A DNA stretch of 64,000 bases from the NCBI GenBank assembly GCA_028534125.1, contig CM052842.1:12276001-12340000 (forward strand), written 5' to 3'. The notes below the pieces were generated by a model. That model saw only the letters and a list, made by a program, of their open reading frames with translations, was not told where the DNA came from and searched no databases. The first letter of the stretch is position 1, and every line of letters starts with the position of its first letter. This stretch comes from Lama glama (lineage: Eukaryota). The translations under genes were made by a program, and so were the position numbers. Below are positions 37,390 to 51,194 of the stretch, one piece after another.

Positions 37390-38290
37390 TTAAAAATGCA
37401 TAAAATAAACTGCAGAGAAAATCACAAAGGAAGCCAGTTACAATGAATGATAATAAAATGTTGTGTTAGTTTCCTACTGCTATGAAAAATGACAACAAAC
37501 GTAATGACTTAAAGCAACATAAATTTATTATCTGACAGGTCCAGAGGTCAGAAGTCTAGAGCAAGTCTTGTGACACTAAAATCAAGGTGTCGACATTGCT
37601 GCGCTCCTTCTGGAGGCTCTAGGAGAGAATCTTGTTTCCTTGCCTTTCTCAGCTTTTAGACGCTGCCCACATTCTTTGGCTCATGACACCCAGCCAGCAA
37701 TTGCATCACTCTGTTCCATGTTCTTATCTCCCTCGCTCTGATTCTCCTCTCTCCCTTTTCCCGGGTTAGGGACTTCTGTGACCAGACTGGGCCCATGTGG
37801 CTAACCCAGGATAATCTAATCATGCCGGGACCCTTAATTCAATCACGCTGGAAAAGTTACTTCTGTCATGTATGGTAACATATTCACATACTGAGGATTA
37901 GGATGGACATCTTTGGGGAATCATTACTATGTCTACTAAAAAGCTATAGCAACCAATTTGTGATATAGTGATATATGTGACTCTTTATGACTGTGTTAAA
38001 TAACACGGTCCATGTTGGGGCCAGTAACTCCCATAATGTTGAAGTAACGTAGAGTATAAAAAATATTTTCAAGTATCTGCAAACATTTTAATGTAATATA
38101 AAGCATCTGTGATTACTACTGGGTGGTCAGTACTAATGATACTGTGGTTTGTTGCCTGAATTCATCATTGAAGACATTGCTAAATTTCAGCTAGAGGCTA
38201 GTGACAGTAAAGATGTAACTTTTTCCCATTCAAGTTTATGGACTTTCTGGATTTTATCCATGGACTCCCAGGAGGCAGGAGAACCTTTGT
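37390..38290. mobile_element. hAT-Charlie fossil with nested MLT1 LTR (37462-37939, minus strand)
   Basis: MLT1 'tgtgttagtttcctactgctatg...ggacatctttggggaatcattactatgtctac' interrupts a Charlie-like sequence ending 'gctaaatttcagctagaggctagtgacagtaaagatgtaactttttcccattcaagtttatggac'. Confidence 0.65.
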
Positions 38291-41200
38291 TCTGAACCAA
38301 TAGGCAAAATTCATCAAGGGTCAGTTTGAGTCATTAGAATTTGTGTCTAGCTTAAGTTCAAGGACACGAATACTTTTTATGGATCAAAACAAGGCTAGAA
38401 CTTCAAGGTAAGGGAGTCCCATTTATTCAACAAATCTTTACTGAGAACCATAAAGCAGTCTCTTGGCTCCACTGTGACAGGAACATCAACATAGGTTCTT
38501 CTGTTCTCTGTGGGATAGAGCAGTCATGCGGAACCTTGGCTCTACCACTGCATGACCTTGGGTAGGTTATTTAATCTCCATATACCAATCTTCTCTTGGG
38601 AGGCAGGAACGGATGGGACTAGGTGATCTTCATCTTCCCACCCAGCTTTAACAATCCATTCATGTACGTAGTATTTATTAGAAAACACTGTTCATTTTAA
38701 TGTTTCTTGGAAGTTTTGACTGCAATTTATGAAGACAATTCTGCTCTTTGGCCTGAGATTTAGACTACTGTGAAGTTGATGGGGTTCACTGGAACATTTG
38801 GCAAAAATTTCATCCACTCCTCCACTGAAGTTGAATACAGATGAGAAATTGTAAAGCCGCCTGACTGAGTCATCCTCTTAACCTGCTGCTCAATTTACAG
38901 AAACTTTCTCCACTTTATGTTGGCCTATTTAATGTTGTGGCAAGAAGAAAAGGCAAGAACCAAACAATTTTCAAAAATGAAATCCAAAAGCACTGGAGCC
39001 CAGGAGGATAGGGTAGGGTGAAGGAAGGATTGCTGCCCAGAAACAATTTTCTGGAAGTCTATAGTTGATTTTATTTTTTTTTAACAGAGGCAGGCAGTGT
39101 GAATCATGGGGGCCTAATATCAGTACGGTACTAAATTCAGGTGTTTTTTTTTTCCTGCCTTGATTGACATGTCACCACTGAGAAGAGTAATTTTCTTGGA
39201 CAAACACACCCCAGGTTGCAAACAAATAATTTACCTAACTAATTCTTAGAATTTCAGTCATTGATAAATTATAGATTGCAAAAAAAGAGAATATTTACTG
39301 GAGAATAATTTCAGCAATTCACTATGAATTGATAGCACTGAGCTAAGCCTTTTATTATTTACTGATAAAGTTTGCTATACTGGATATCCTGTGAATACCA
39401 TTACTTTTAAGTGATGTAATTGCAAGCCCCAATCCATTCACTTTAGTGGTATTAATTGCCTGAATTCTTCTTTGGTAGAGAGAGGAAATCTCAGAGCAAA
39501 GAAGGCCAGCACTGCTGTTGAGTCTGAAGCCATTCTGAAATGGGATTCCTTTTATTGAACATCCCTTGACAACCACTAACTTTGCTGCTGAGAACTTTTT
39601 AGACTCTTTTCTTGGTTCCCAGTGATCTGAAATGTCATGACAGGCTTTGGAATGGGTCTTTTTTCATCTAGCGTTCTGAGCCCTCAATGAACTCTCTCGA
39701 TCTGGGAACAAATGACCTTCATTTGGGGGAACATTCCTTCAGACATTTCTTTGACAATTTTCTCCCTTACATTTTCAAAACCGTTTTATCTTCTTTAACT
39801 CTCTTGCACCTCCTGACCTGGTTCTATAATTCTTCTATTTTTGGCTCAACCACATGTCTACCTTTATAGGTACGTGGTGCCTCCAATTCTTGTACTTTTT
39901 TGAGGTTGTTACTCGAATGAACCTTCTAGGTTGTTCCATTTCAGCTTGGTTTTCACCTCCCTCTGATCCGTTGGGTTAGTTACCACTCCTCTATCTGCTT
40001 CTCACCTTGTATTATTACAGTGTTGATGTCATCTACTCTCCCATTAACTCTGTGCTTGAGGAACTGTCTTTTTTCACCCACTGACATTCAACCCACCATT
40101 TCTAGTGAGTATTATCTTGTCCTTCAGATGCTCAATTTTGCCACTGCACTTGAAACTCCAGACTACTCATTCATTCTAGAAACTTTATTATCCTTTGGCT
40201 TTTATGGCCACCAAGTTGCTTTTCGTTTTCTTTCTGCATTACCTCTCCCCCTCTTCTTTCTTCTTCCACTGCTTGTCCCTTAACTGCTGCTATTGTTTCC
40301 CAAATCTCTGTCCTTTTACGTTTTCATTTATACATTTTTTATAGACAATGTCATCCAATGCATGGGTTTAATGACTTCCTTAAGGCTGCTGACTCCCAAA
40401 TCTTTGCCTGTGGCTCCATACCCATATAAAGCTCAGAAACCAGACAAAGAATAAGAGGATCCTGTTTCCCCATATTTCAATCCCAAGGAAAAACAAACAC
40501 TCTGGGGCCAAAACAGGCTTCCTTATAGATAAAGAAAATAGGAGTGAAGGAAGGCACTTAACTTTATAAAAGTAGGAAACAGAGTCAAGTAGGAGCTGCA
40601 CTAGTCATGCAAAATCTGCCGTGAACTGGAGCAACTCTCCAGGACAGTGGTCGTCTTATGTTGGCTCACTACTCCCCACCTCCTAAATTTCATGAAACTT
40701 CCATTTCAGCACATACTGTGGATCTCACCATGCTGAGAGGAGAGAGCAGCACAGCTGACTGCAGACAATCAAGTGCCTGCATTTGGAGGTGAAAATGTCA
40801 GGTTTCCCATTCATTGGCCAAAGAAGTCACATGGCCTCACCTAACTTCAAGGGCACAAGGAAGAGCAATCCTCTCAGCCCTTGAGAACTGATTCTGTTGA
40901 AAAGTAGTAACTGACAACAGTGAAAATATTCCATTTAAAACAGAAAATCTGGCCTTAAGCAAAAAAAAAGAATTTTTAATTTCCAGTCCTAGGTCAGTGG
41001 CTAGTATGGGGGGGGGCAATATTATTTGAATTCAAATATGTGGTAGAAGATTTAATAAGCCTCTTTAAAAAGAGGTTCAGAAGAGTCTGAATTGATGCCT
41101 TATTTTCCTTCAAAGACAAATAGAAACATTCAAAAATCCTTCCACTGACCCTCCTGCTGGGCTCAAAGTTGGAGCAATTTTTCAAAAACAGTTCTTGTGG

Positions 41201-44095
41201 CATCTAAATATTTGGAAGCCTCACTAAAGTTTGAAGAGAAGTCGTTTCATAGCCCTATTGTTTATATTTACCTTGGTCAACATTCTGGCCCAATCTCAAA
41301 CAAAATGGGCAACTTGGAAGGGGGAAGAGTTACAACATATTGCCCAGAAGGAGTCAGTAAGGGTGTGTGCATGCGTGTATGTGTGTGTTCATGTGAGTGG
41401 GTATTAGGTGTGCACATGCACTTTTCATGTGAGGTGTGGGACAGGCACACTCTTGTTGCTTACAGGTACACTGTGGGCAGATGAATATGAACATCTTGGA
41501 GTATGAAACTGACACAGGACTTCTGAGCTCCAATTGATAGCTCCTCTCATATTTTCCAAACTGCTCTCATGAGACACTATTTCTTGCCCTGTGATGGGCA
41601 CCTTCCAACACGTAGATCAAATTGTTTAAAATGAAGTACCAAAATGAGGTGGTGATGAGCAGCAGTAATGATTGACTGGTGGAGAGGAATGCAAAGGATT
41701 CAAAAGAGAGATTGTCTCTTTGGGATTAATTTTGGATTTTCCGAGTGTTCTTCATACCAAAAGTGTTCTGTAGTTCCTTTCTTTAGAGTAAAGCTTTCTT
41801 TTCATTTAAATTATATACACTTATTATAAACAAGCAACAGCGACAAGTGCAAAGGGGAAAGTTAAAAAAAATCATCCAGTATTCGAAGAATAATGATGAC
41901 CAGTATTATATTAGGCGAACATCGTTCTAATGATAGGAACAGAAGGAAGGACAATAAACACCATTGTCCTATGGTTTTCCCCCTACTTTGCTGACTCCTC
42001 TGCCTCTTCCAGTTCTCAGTGGTGAAGGGTCCCAGAGTCGATCCCAGGCTCTCCCCTAATCTCCATCTTTACTTTACGAGAAACCTGGTCAGTTCTATAG
42101 CTTTAAATCATACCTGGATGCTGATGGCTCTCAAATCTGTAATTCCTGCCTTGTCCTTTGGAAATAAAACAGCTCCACTGTGGGGCACTGGAGAGGGAAG
42201 AAACGCTGAGAAAACAGAGATCTAGTTGGATTCTCTTTCTTTCAGTTCTGAAGTTACAAAAACCTTTGATACTTTGAGATACATGTTTACTGCTGACACT
42301 AATTTTTTAATCTAAATGCCTGTCAATACTACCTTATCATTTCTTGAGCCCCTCTACATGTTAGGCATCATGTCATGTGTTTTACATACATCAACTCATC
42401 TTATGCTTATGTAGGGTAGTATTTTAAGAAATAATAAGAAACCCCCAAACCACGACTTTGCATGATAGACAACTTGTTCAAATTGACACAGTTAGTAGGT
42501 GTTAGAGTTAGGATTTGAACTCAGTGGGATTCATGCGCTTTCTGGTCTGCTATACTGCCTATATTTGCATTTCAATATAAACTTTAGTATCAAATTGACA
42601 AATTCAAACACACACATAGAGACACAGACTCAGCTGGGATTCTGCTTGGGACTGCCCTGAATTTATAGATTAATTTGGGGAGAACTGACATCTTTTACTA
42701 TGGAATTTTCCAAATGTGAATTGGTATTTTCCTCCATCTATTTTAGTCTTCTTTAATTTTTCTAATAAGACTTTTCATTGTGAAGCAGTAATTGATCACC
42801 ACAACCCTGATGGGGCAGGGGAATTTCAGGGGTCAGAATTCTAAGACTCAATGGATGAGAAGTACAATAAAAGAACGGTAAAAATGTGGGCAGAAGAAAT
42901 GACTGAAGGACCCACCAAGTAAAGCAACAATTTCAAGAATTTTAAAGTGGATGGCAGTGGCTGGGTGGATAATGTATTATAATATGTAGACAGCAAACTG
43001 CCCTGGGCCCTGCCAGCAACAGGGATGCCAGGATCTCTGGAGAGTACTTGCATGGTGCACTATTGATTCAGCAGTAATTTTTCCTAAGGAGGAGACTGTG
43101 AATGTTAACTGAGGCATGACATTTGTCATCTTTAAAAGTGAAGGGCAGGCTAGGCTGAACCCAGGCCAAGATTGCCTTCCAGGCCCTCCTTCTCTCCCTC
43201 TTCCATTTCTGTAACCTTCTCCAACCTGTTGGCACTGCCTCTTCAGCACCCTCACATTGCTTCAGTACCTTCCCCTTGCCACTCACAGCTAGACCTGCCT
43301 TATCCTTACATTTCTCCATGGCTCCATATCTGTCCCCGCAAGTGCTCCCCCTCCTCATCTCCTCCATTTATTCATATTTAGGGTATTAAAGGGTTCAGAG
43401 AAAGAGTGGACAGGGGATCCAGTTAGTACACATTACATGTGCATTAAATGACAGATGGCTACATAGATATTTCTCAAATTTGGGTCCAAAGAAATAATCC
43501 TATGGATTTGAGAGGTCTTTGGGAATTTGGATAATAATAGCTAATATTTCTTGATCACTTACATGTTCCAGGTGTTGCTTAAAATGCTTTGCATGTATTT
43601 AGTTTCACTATAACCCTCTAAAACAGATGCCCTTACCTCCATTTAACAGATGAGCAAACCTAGCAACACGCCCTTATCCCCATCAAAGAGATGAGCAGTC
43701 ATGCAAAGGCTGAGTCATTAGCTCAAGGCGATATAGCTAGGAAATGGCAGAGTGGGGACTCAAACCTAGGCAGTCTGGCTCCAGAGCAAATGTTCTCAAC
43801 CACTTTGCAATGCTGTCATCTGGGGCTTCCTTGGGACTGGACAGTCCAAGATGGCCTCATGCATGTGCCTGGTAGTTAGCTGGAGCTATTGCCTGTCACC
43901 TCCTCCTCCATGTGCCCTTTCCAGCATGATGCTCTAGATTTTTTTATACAGCAGCCAAATTCCAAGACAGCAAATGCTATGCAGGAAATTATTTTGATGC
44001 AATGGCAGCCTCCAAGTATACCACCAGACAGGTTGTACCATAGGTCATGGAACAGATAGGCTTACAGAACAAATTAAGATGCTTGAAACATATTA

Positions 44096-44765
44096 TGTGG
44101 CAGCTTTAAAACATGTTCCCAAATTCTTTGACATTGCTCCCCTTGAGAGGTGGGGGTCCACATCCCCTTCTCTTTAATCTGGGCCGGCCTTAGTGGCTTG
44201 CTGGTATTGAGTGGCAGTGGAATTGATGCTGCATGACTTCTTAGGATAAGTCAGAATGTGAAGGAAAAGCCCAGCTGGGCTAACGAGCTCAGTCACAAAT
44301 CTAAGTGTGATANNNNNNNNNNNNNNNNNNNNNNNNNNNNNNNNNNNNNNNNNNNNNNNNNNNNNNNNNNNNNNNNNNNNNNNNNNNNNNNNNNNNNNNN
44401 NNNNNNNNNNNNGAAAAGGCGATGAACCTGGTTCTTTATAAACATTTGCTCTCAGGGAAGCCAGCTGCCATGTGAGAAGTCTGCCATGCTAGAGGGGTGT
44501 GTAAGGCACTCTGGTTCGCAGCCCTAGCTGAGCTCCCACCTGGGCAACAGCCAGCATCAACTGTCAGGCACATGAGTGTACCACCGTGGATGTCCAGCCT
44601 AGATGAGGCTTCAAACAACAGCAGCTGCAAATGATACCTGATGAGAGACTCAAATAACTGCCCAAGCAAGTCCTTTCTGAATTTCTGGCACAAAATCAGG
44701 AGCAAAATAAACTAGCTATTCCAAGTTTGGTATAACGTGTTCACAAAAAGAGCAGCAATAGTAAC
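44096..44765 (+). mobile_element. Older MLT1 (F/G/H-like) LTR, with 100-N gap 44313-44412
   Basis: 'tgtggcagctttaaaacatgttcccaaattctttgaca...cagccagcatcaactgtcaggcacatgagtg...gcagcaatagtaac'. Confidence 0.7.
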
Positions 44766-45350
44766 CCAGTTTATCAACTAATTTAGAACACAGTGAGCAG
44801 CATGGGGAAAAGAGATAGATAAACAAGTTTAGAATAGGGTATAAGCAGGGTGAGGACTATGGTACCTAAATTTTGTTTTATGCAGTATTTTTATGTCCTA
44901 ACCTCTCTGCTGTACAGTTCCACAGATGGCATGGTTTTAAGGACCAGAGTGGAGAGTGAGGGGTTTAGGCAGATTGAAGGGGCCTGGAACCAACATATAT
45001 CTGTTCTGTCACACATCTGAGTGATAAGAGGCATGTGTGTTGGGTCATAACTGTAGATGGCCATTAACTGACTGAGTAGCAAGGGATTTATCTGCCTTTC
45101 TTGTGCAGAGAAACTATATGAAGCCATAATGGGGCTATAATGGGTTTCACTAGTAGGTGGCCAATTTAGGGATGACCTAGTTGTCAGTCTAGAGGTAGTA
45201 TGATTCATGCCTTACTAATATTTAAAGTTCACTTGGCCTATCTCCTTTCTAAAGTAGCACTTTCATTTGTTCCATCCTTTTTATCTATGTTCAACACACA
45301 TTCGTTTATTCTGTATAACATGTCTCATAAGCAAATTGTGTCTACATTTT

Positions 45351-45374
45351 ATTATTATTATTATTATTATTATT
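45351..45374. repeat. (ATT)8 microsatellite
   Basis: attattattattattattattatt. Confidence 0.95.
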
Positions 45375-46161
45375 AGTTCACATGATTTTACTTTTCGCCT
45401 ATTCCTAGAGCTCCACTGGCTTCAAAAGGCAAATAATTACACCTTCAACTTTATTGGTATGGTAATGTTACCTTCTTCCTTCTTCACTAACTTTTATGGC
45501 CCCAACTCTAGAATTAACTTACTGAGGCAAATTGTGTCTACATTTTAGTTTCTCTTATTTGCTATAGCAGAACTGAATATTCATAAAGCAGACAGCAAAC
45601 ACATTACAGCAAGCCCCAAGGAGCAAGCACTTATCAAAGCATGGTTGTGATGGCCCACTTACCGGCTAGAGCAAGTCACAAAGCCAAGCCCACAGTCATG
45701 TGGGACAAGGGAGTAGATACCATTAGGCATGATTCATTGGGATCACTACTCAATCTAACACTAAAACATAGCTAGGAAGTGCTTGATCCAGTTATCAAAT
45801 TTTCAGCAATGTTTCTGGAGCCCACACACAAAACTGGTGTCCTGGGGGCTGCTGGAAATTCTTACTGAAGGGCTTTTTCAAGCCTCTCTTCCCAGGCCCC
45901 ACCCCAAGCCCAGGTCAGAATCTCCTGAGGGTAAGGGATATAGAGGGGGGAAGTGGTGGAAATCTTAAGAATTTGAGACTTTAAATAACTCTGCAGAAGA
46001 TTCTAACACCCACCGGAGGTGTTGGGGGTTTCAAAGACAAAGTCTCTACACTTAAAGAACTTGCATTTCCACAGAGAACGCTCTTAATGGGCATTATTTT
46101 ACCAGAGGCATTGCCCTGAAATTTAAAAAAAAATGTAGATGCTTTCCAAGTTTAAGTTAGA

Positions 46162-46328
46162 GCAGTGATTCTCAAACTTTTGTGCGCATCAGTATTAACT
46201 GGAGTGCTTGCACACAAAGGACTGGGCCAACTCCCAGTTTCTAATTCAGGGAAGTCTCTGGTGGAGCACACTAATTTGCATGTCTAATAAGCTCTGCTGT
46301 CCAGGGACCACACTTTTGAGAATCACTA
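46162..46328. mobile_element. MER5A-like hAT MITE
   Basis: Terminal inverted repeats CAGTGATTCTCAAA...TTTGAGAATCACT with internal 'aatttgcatgtctaataagctc'. Confidence 0.75.
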
Positions 46329-46899
46329 AGTTGAAGCAGTAGGAGTATTTAGTGATAACATACCCCCTTGACTCACATTTGTAATATCGCATTTACATTT
46401 TTTATAGCGTATCTATTGCATACAAGGTCTAGGGCTTGGTGTAGCAGCAGATATGATAAGAACAGGATTTAGCTCTTGATTACACTTGAGCAGATTTATT
46501 CTCTAAGTAGATCCGTTCTCTAAGAAGACAGGAAGCCTAAGTGTCATTACAAACAGGTTCAGATAAAGTGAAGATCATCTCCCTTAGGAAGAGATAAATG
46601 AAAGCTTGCAATAGGAGATCCTAAGACCTAGGCCTTGAATGGACACGTGGAAACAGTGGAGAATCGCAGAATTCTTTCCAACTTGGCATAGAGGAAAAAA
46701 AAAAAAAAGACCAAATCAACAAACCTTGATAAACGCCTGGAAGCGGTCTGTGACATTCTTGCCTCAGGTTCCAGCATTAACAATCTGCAAGCTGATTACA
46801 TCAAAACAAAAAAGGTTGTTCTCAGTGCCAAGGTCTCAGTTTCAAGCTCTCCTTGGAAAGGGGTAGAATTGGAGTCGCCCTCCCTTTGGAGCTCCCAGA

Positions 46900-48420
46900 G
46901 TGGGTGCCTCAGAGACAAGAGTGGCCGAAAACTAGATGCGCGCCGACCTGGCAAAGGGCGCAGCTTGTGCGCTTCCATCCCCCAAAGCCTGAGCAGGGCG
47001 CTGCGGCCTTGCCCGTGCCGGGGAAGATGGGCCGCACCCTGGAGCATCGTTCAGAAGCAGCCTAGGAGTTACGCATGGCGCTAAGGTGGACCGGATGACA
47101 GCTGCACTACCTCGCCGAGCGAGGGACTCAAAGCTCTCTTCCTTTTTTCCCTCCGCTGGACTAAAACGTGGCGGAGGCTAGCGCAAGCGGGGCGCGCCCT
47201 CTCTCCCTCCACCTTCACGGACCGGAGACGGTGGAGACGCGCGTGCACGCTTTTTACCCGGGAGGGAGCGCGGCCCGCGAACTGCTCGCTGCGCCTGCGC
47301 GGCCCCGCCCCGCCCCGCCCCTTTTCTTCGCTCCGCCCTGTTACCCCTTATACCACCACTAGGGGTAGAGGCGACGGCTGCGGCCTGACAGCGCGGCTGC
47401 TTTGAGGGCGCGGGAGCGGTACGGAGTGGGGACGAGGGCAGGCAAGAGGGTGGGAAAACCGGCGAGAGAGGAGGGCGGTGCCGGAGAAGGGCGGCGCGTG
47501 GCTGACTCATCCCTCTGGAAGATCAGACTGACAGACACAAACCCTTGCCGAACCCGCCCGCCCGCGCTGCTCCTCCTCGGCCGGGAGGCGCCCGCCCGCA
47601 CCACCCGCCTGCCTTCTCCGTGAGCGCTCTCCCGGCCCGGCCGCCTCTGAGAAAGTTTTTGTCGTCGGGAGGGACCGGAGGCGCTGTGGGCCTTTGGGAA
47701 GGGAAGAGAGACGGAAGAAGAGGCTACAGTCGCGCGGGCCCGAGGAGTGCATGGTGCCCGGCGTCTCGGCTGCCTGTCAAGAGGACATCGGGGCGGGGTC
47801 GGGCTGAGCCCGGCTTCTTCTTCCCGCAGCCTCGCAAGAAATCTCCCTCCCGGGCTGCCGCGGGGTCCCCGCTCCTCAGCCCGCCATGTCCCGGCTGCTG
47901 CCGCTGCTGAGGAGCCGGACCGCGCGCAGCCTGAGGCCGGGCCCGGCCGCCGCCGCGCCTCGGCCGCCGTCCTGGTGCTGCTGCGGGCGGGGGCTGCTGG
48001 CGCTCGCGGCCCCGGGCGGCCCCCGGGCGCTGGGCACCCACCCCAAGAAGGAGCCCATGGAGGCGCTGAACACGGCGCAGGGCGCTCGCGACTTCATCTA
48101 CAGCCTGCACTCCACCGAGAGGAGCTGCCTGCTCAAGGAGCTACACCGCTTCGAGTCCATTGCCATCGCTCAAGGTAAGAGGGGCGAGAGGGGGCGAGCC
48201 GGGGGTAGGGGCGGCGCCCTCCCCTCCCCTCCCCTCCCCCGCCTGCGCCCTGGGAACCGTCCCGCCCCTCGTCCAGGGACCCTCGCCGTGGCCCCACTCG
48301 CCGCCTGGCCCTGCGCCTGGGAAGTGCAAGGGGGGGAACTTTTCGCCTCCTGAGTGTCCCCGGAGCAGGTAGAACGCGCGCGGATCGTGCCAGGCAGCCG
48401 GGGCCAACGTTTGGTTGGTT
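46900..48420 (+). promoter_or_regulatory. TMEM65: TMEM65 CpG island / promoter
   Basis: CpG-dense. Contains NRF1-type TGCGCCTGCGC (47290-47300), tandem GC boxes (47302-47321) and AP-1 TGACTCA (47503-47509). Confidence 0.9.
47886..48174 (+). CDS. TMEM65: TMEM65 mitochondrial inner-membrane protein, coding exon 1 (96 codons + 1 nt); remaining exons lie beyond the window
   Basis: CCGCCATG start, Arg-rich presequence MSRLLPLLRSRTARSLRPG..., conserved THPKKEPMEALNTAQGARDFIYSLHSTERSCLLKELHRFESIAIAQ, and donor CAAG|GTAAGA (GT at 48175-48176). Confidence 0.96.
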
Positions 48421-51194
48421 GCTCCCCAGCCTCAACAGCTGGAGCTTAGCCTCAGTTCAGAACCAATGCTGATTTGATTTTGTTTAGATTTGATGCTTGT
48501 CCCCTCCACTCCCTACCCCCACCCCCGACACCGGGCCAGCCTTCCTGTCCCCAAGCCCTTCTTGCTTTCTTGTGAACTTGCAGCCATGCAGGTGGCTTGC
48601 CGTACCTTTCAAAGTGTTACATACCCAAGAGACAGGCGGAAACTTTTCTTGACTGGTTATCAAACGAAGATGAAAGGGGGTCCAAAAGAAGGGATGGGAT
48701 GTTGCTTCATAAGGCAGAGAAGCTCTCAGCTGCTTGTTTGTACACACCTCTAAATTGTATTCATTTAAGCAGCTGAATGAAACATTTTCCTGGGAAATGG
48801 GGAGAGTGGATCAAACCAGCAACTGCAGATAACATTATTGCAAGCCCGTCACAGGTTTGGTGGTGCCCAAGTTAAACTCCAGTTTTTGTGGTTTCCCCAG
48901 AGAATGAAAGAATGTAGTAGATAAGAAGGTATTTTTTTTCTGGAAATCTGTGGCTCTACAATAAAAAGCAGACTTCTGCTCAAAAATAATTTGGAATAGT
49001 GAAAGCAAAGCTATTTTTAAGCTAACACTTTAAAAGAGGATATTTTTAAAACTAGTGCAGAACGTTGGTAGGTCAGAATTTGAGTCCAAGTGAAAAAGCT
49101 AAAAAGTCAGAAAATCAAAAGGATGAAAGGAGCAAATGATCAAATCATTCAGTCTTAAAATATTTTTTGCTAGTTAAATACGGCGATACAGACGAAATAA
49201 ATTGCTACTATTTTATATTACATTCTGATGTCTTTGAAAGTTTGTTTTTTCCTCCAAGTGTCCTCCTCGTCCTCTGCCTCAAGATTGGTAGGTTCATAAA
49301 CATTCCATAGATTCCTAAAGTTAAGAGCACATATATTTGGAACAAGACATTTTATTTGCCGGAGGCACTTGAAAGTGCTTCTTTGGTCTATGTACAGGAA
49401 TGGAGGAAAGAATTATCTATCTCATATAAGTATGGTTTTTCTAAACTACTTCTTCAGAAACTTTTTATTAGTTGTACCTCTTAACTGCTTTCCCCCCCCC
49501 TCAATTCAGGGAATTGTGGACCAATTTATAGAATTGGGTGATTCCACACATCCTCTATCCACAGTGCTTTTACAGGAAAAATGTAACATCGTGATCAATT
49601 CAGTTACTAAATATGTAATCATGATATTATATGAAGTCATAATCAAATACTAGCATATTTGTAAGCTTTGTGTGCAGTCAGTGTGTGGTTTTAAAATGTT
49701 CAATTCTGAAAATGTACTCCTTGGAAAACAGTGTAAAGACAGTCATGCAAGAAGCATTAATTTTAGGAAATCTTTCTCCATGGGCATGACTACTTGAATA
49801 TATATTTGGCCTTTTCTAAGTAATTTCTTGGAAATTCTGCATTAACATTGTTACAAGACTGGAGGGCCTTGTTAATATGATTTTATGACAGTTCTTGAAA
49901 AGCTTGTCATGTGATACAAACGGATAAATTTTATGTCATATGTTTTTATTTTAGCACATGCTAGTATTTTTGTGGTAGGGATGATACATTTTCAAAAGAA
50001 GACAATGTTTTAAAATTTAACATTGTTTTAAATAGTTTGGAAAGGACATATAAACTTCAGTCAATGGAGATCAGTTAGGATCAATTAAGCTTAATAATAC
50101 ATAAGTTGTATGAGAGAAGTTGGTAATTTAAGTAGTCTTTGTTCAAAATAAATAGGCAAAGATATGGGAAACTGTGGTAGTCAAATGCTTATCCTCTTTA
50201 TAAGCTAAAAATCTTCAGAGTTTAAGTCAACTAAATTTTGCCAGTGTTGATGACTAAATTATTACCCTTCGACTCAAATGACGCTGACGATGATGCTTTA
50301 ATTTTTAGTACAGTCTTAGTGTTCCTCATTGTTTTCAGTATCAATACATATAGTTTCTGTGGAGGTAACTGGAATCATCACCAGTAAATTACCTCATTCT
50401 TTAACCATTTAAGGTAAAGAGGATTTATTATGTTGAGAAAGCATGCAGCTTATTCCATTTCTGAAATCAATTTTTTGCCCTAGACAAATGAAAACCTCCC
50501 ATGTTTTTCTTTTATTTTGCTTTTTAAGTGCTTTTTAATATTTGACCCATGCACTGAACATGTGTATTCAGTGCACTTTCTGATGAAATAAATTCTGTTA
50601 AAAAAGCTGTTTTTTATAATAGGAAATCTTCGTGTTCTTGGAAAGTGTACTTTGTATAATCTAATGAAGTGTTTTGGATCTGGAAAATAAATCATCCATG
50701 TTTTGAAATGGAAGTGGAATCTACTGCTGAAATTTGGTATATTTGCCCTTATCTTTCATATGTATTTATCAGTAGACATTTGATACAGTCTGTGACAAGA
50801 TAAAGCTTTAGAAACAATTTGTAATAGATAAGGCAGACCTTGTGGGATGTTTTGTTATAGTTAAGTAAGATACCATGGTTTTTAAATTACAAACCAATTT
50901 CCTCCCCAGTTTTAAAAAAGTTGATACTGTGTTCTCAAATTATCTGCTCAACCGGCTCTCAGTTCTTCTAGAAACAGTCCATATTCTTCTGCTGGTGTGT
51001 TGTTGGTTCATTGTTTTTACAAGTAGGACTGGCAAGCTGATATTATTACTGTTGCCTTCCAATTTTAGTCACAATTTTTAAAATAAATTTGTTTTCCAAT
51101 TTTTGTAATTACTATTTCTATTTATACTTATACTTATTTGAAAAGACTTTTAAAAAACATCAATTTGGTTTTTAAAGGCTAGGCAGTGCTCATT

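Noticed and set aside
47168-48435. Multiple overlapping ORFs at the TMEM65 island, including the 155-aa read-through of exon 1
   Set aside because: GC-rich shadows; similarity to TMEM65 stops exactly at the donor at 48174/48175.
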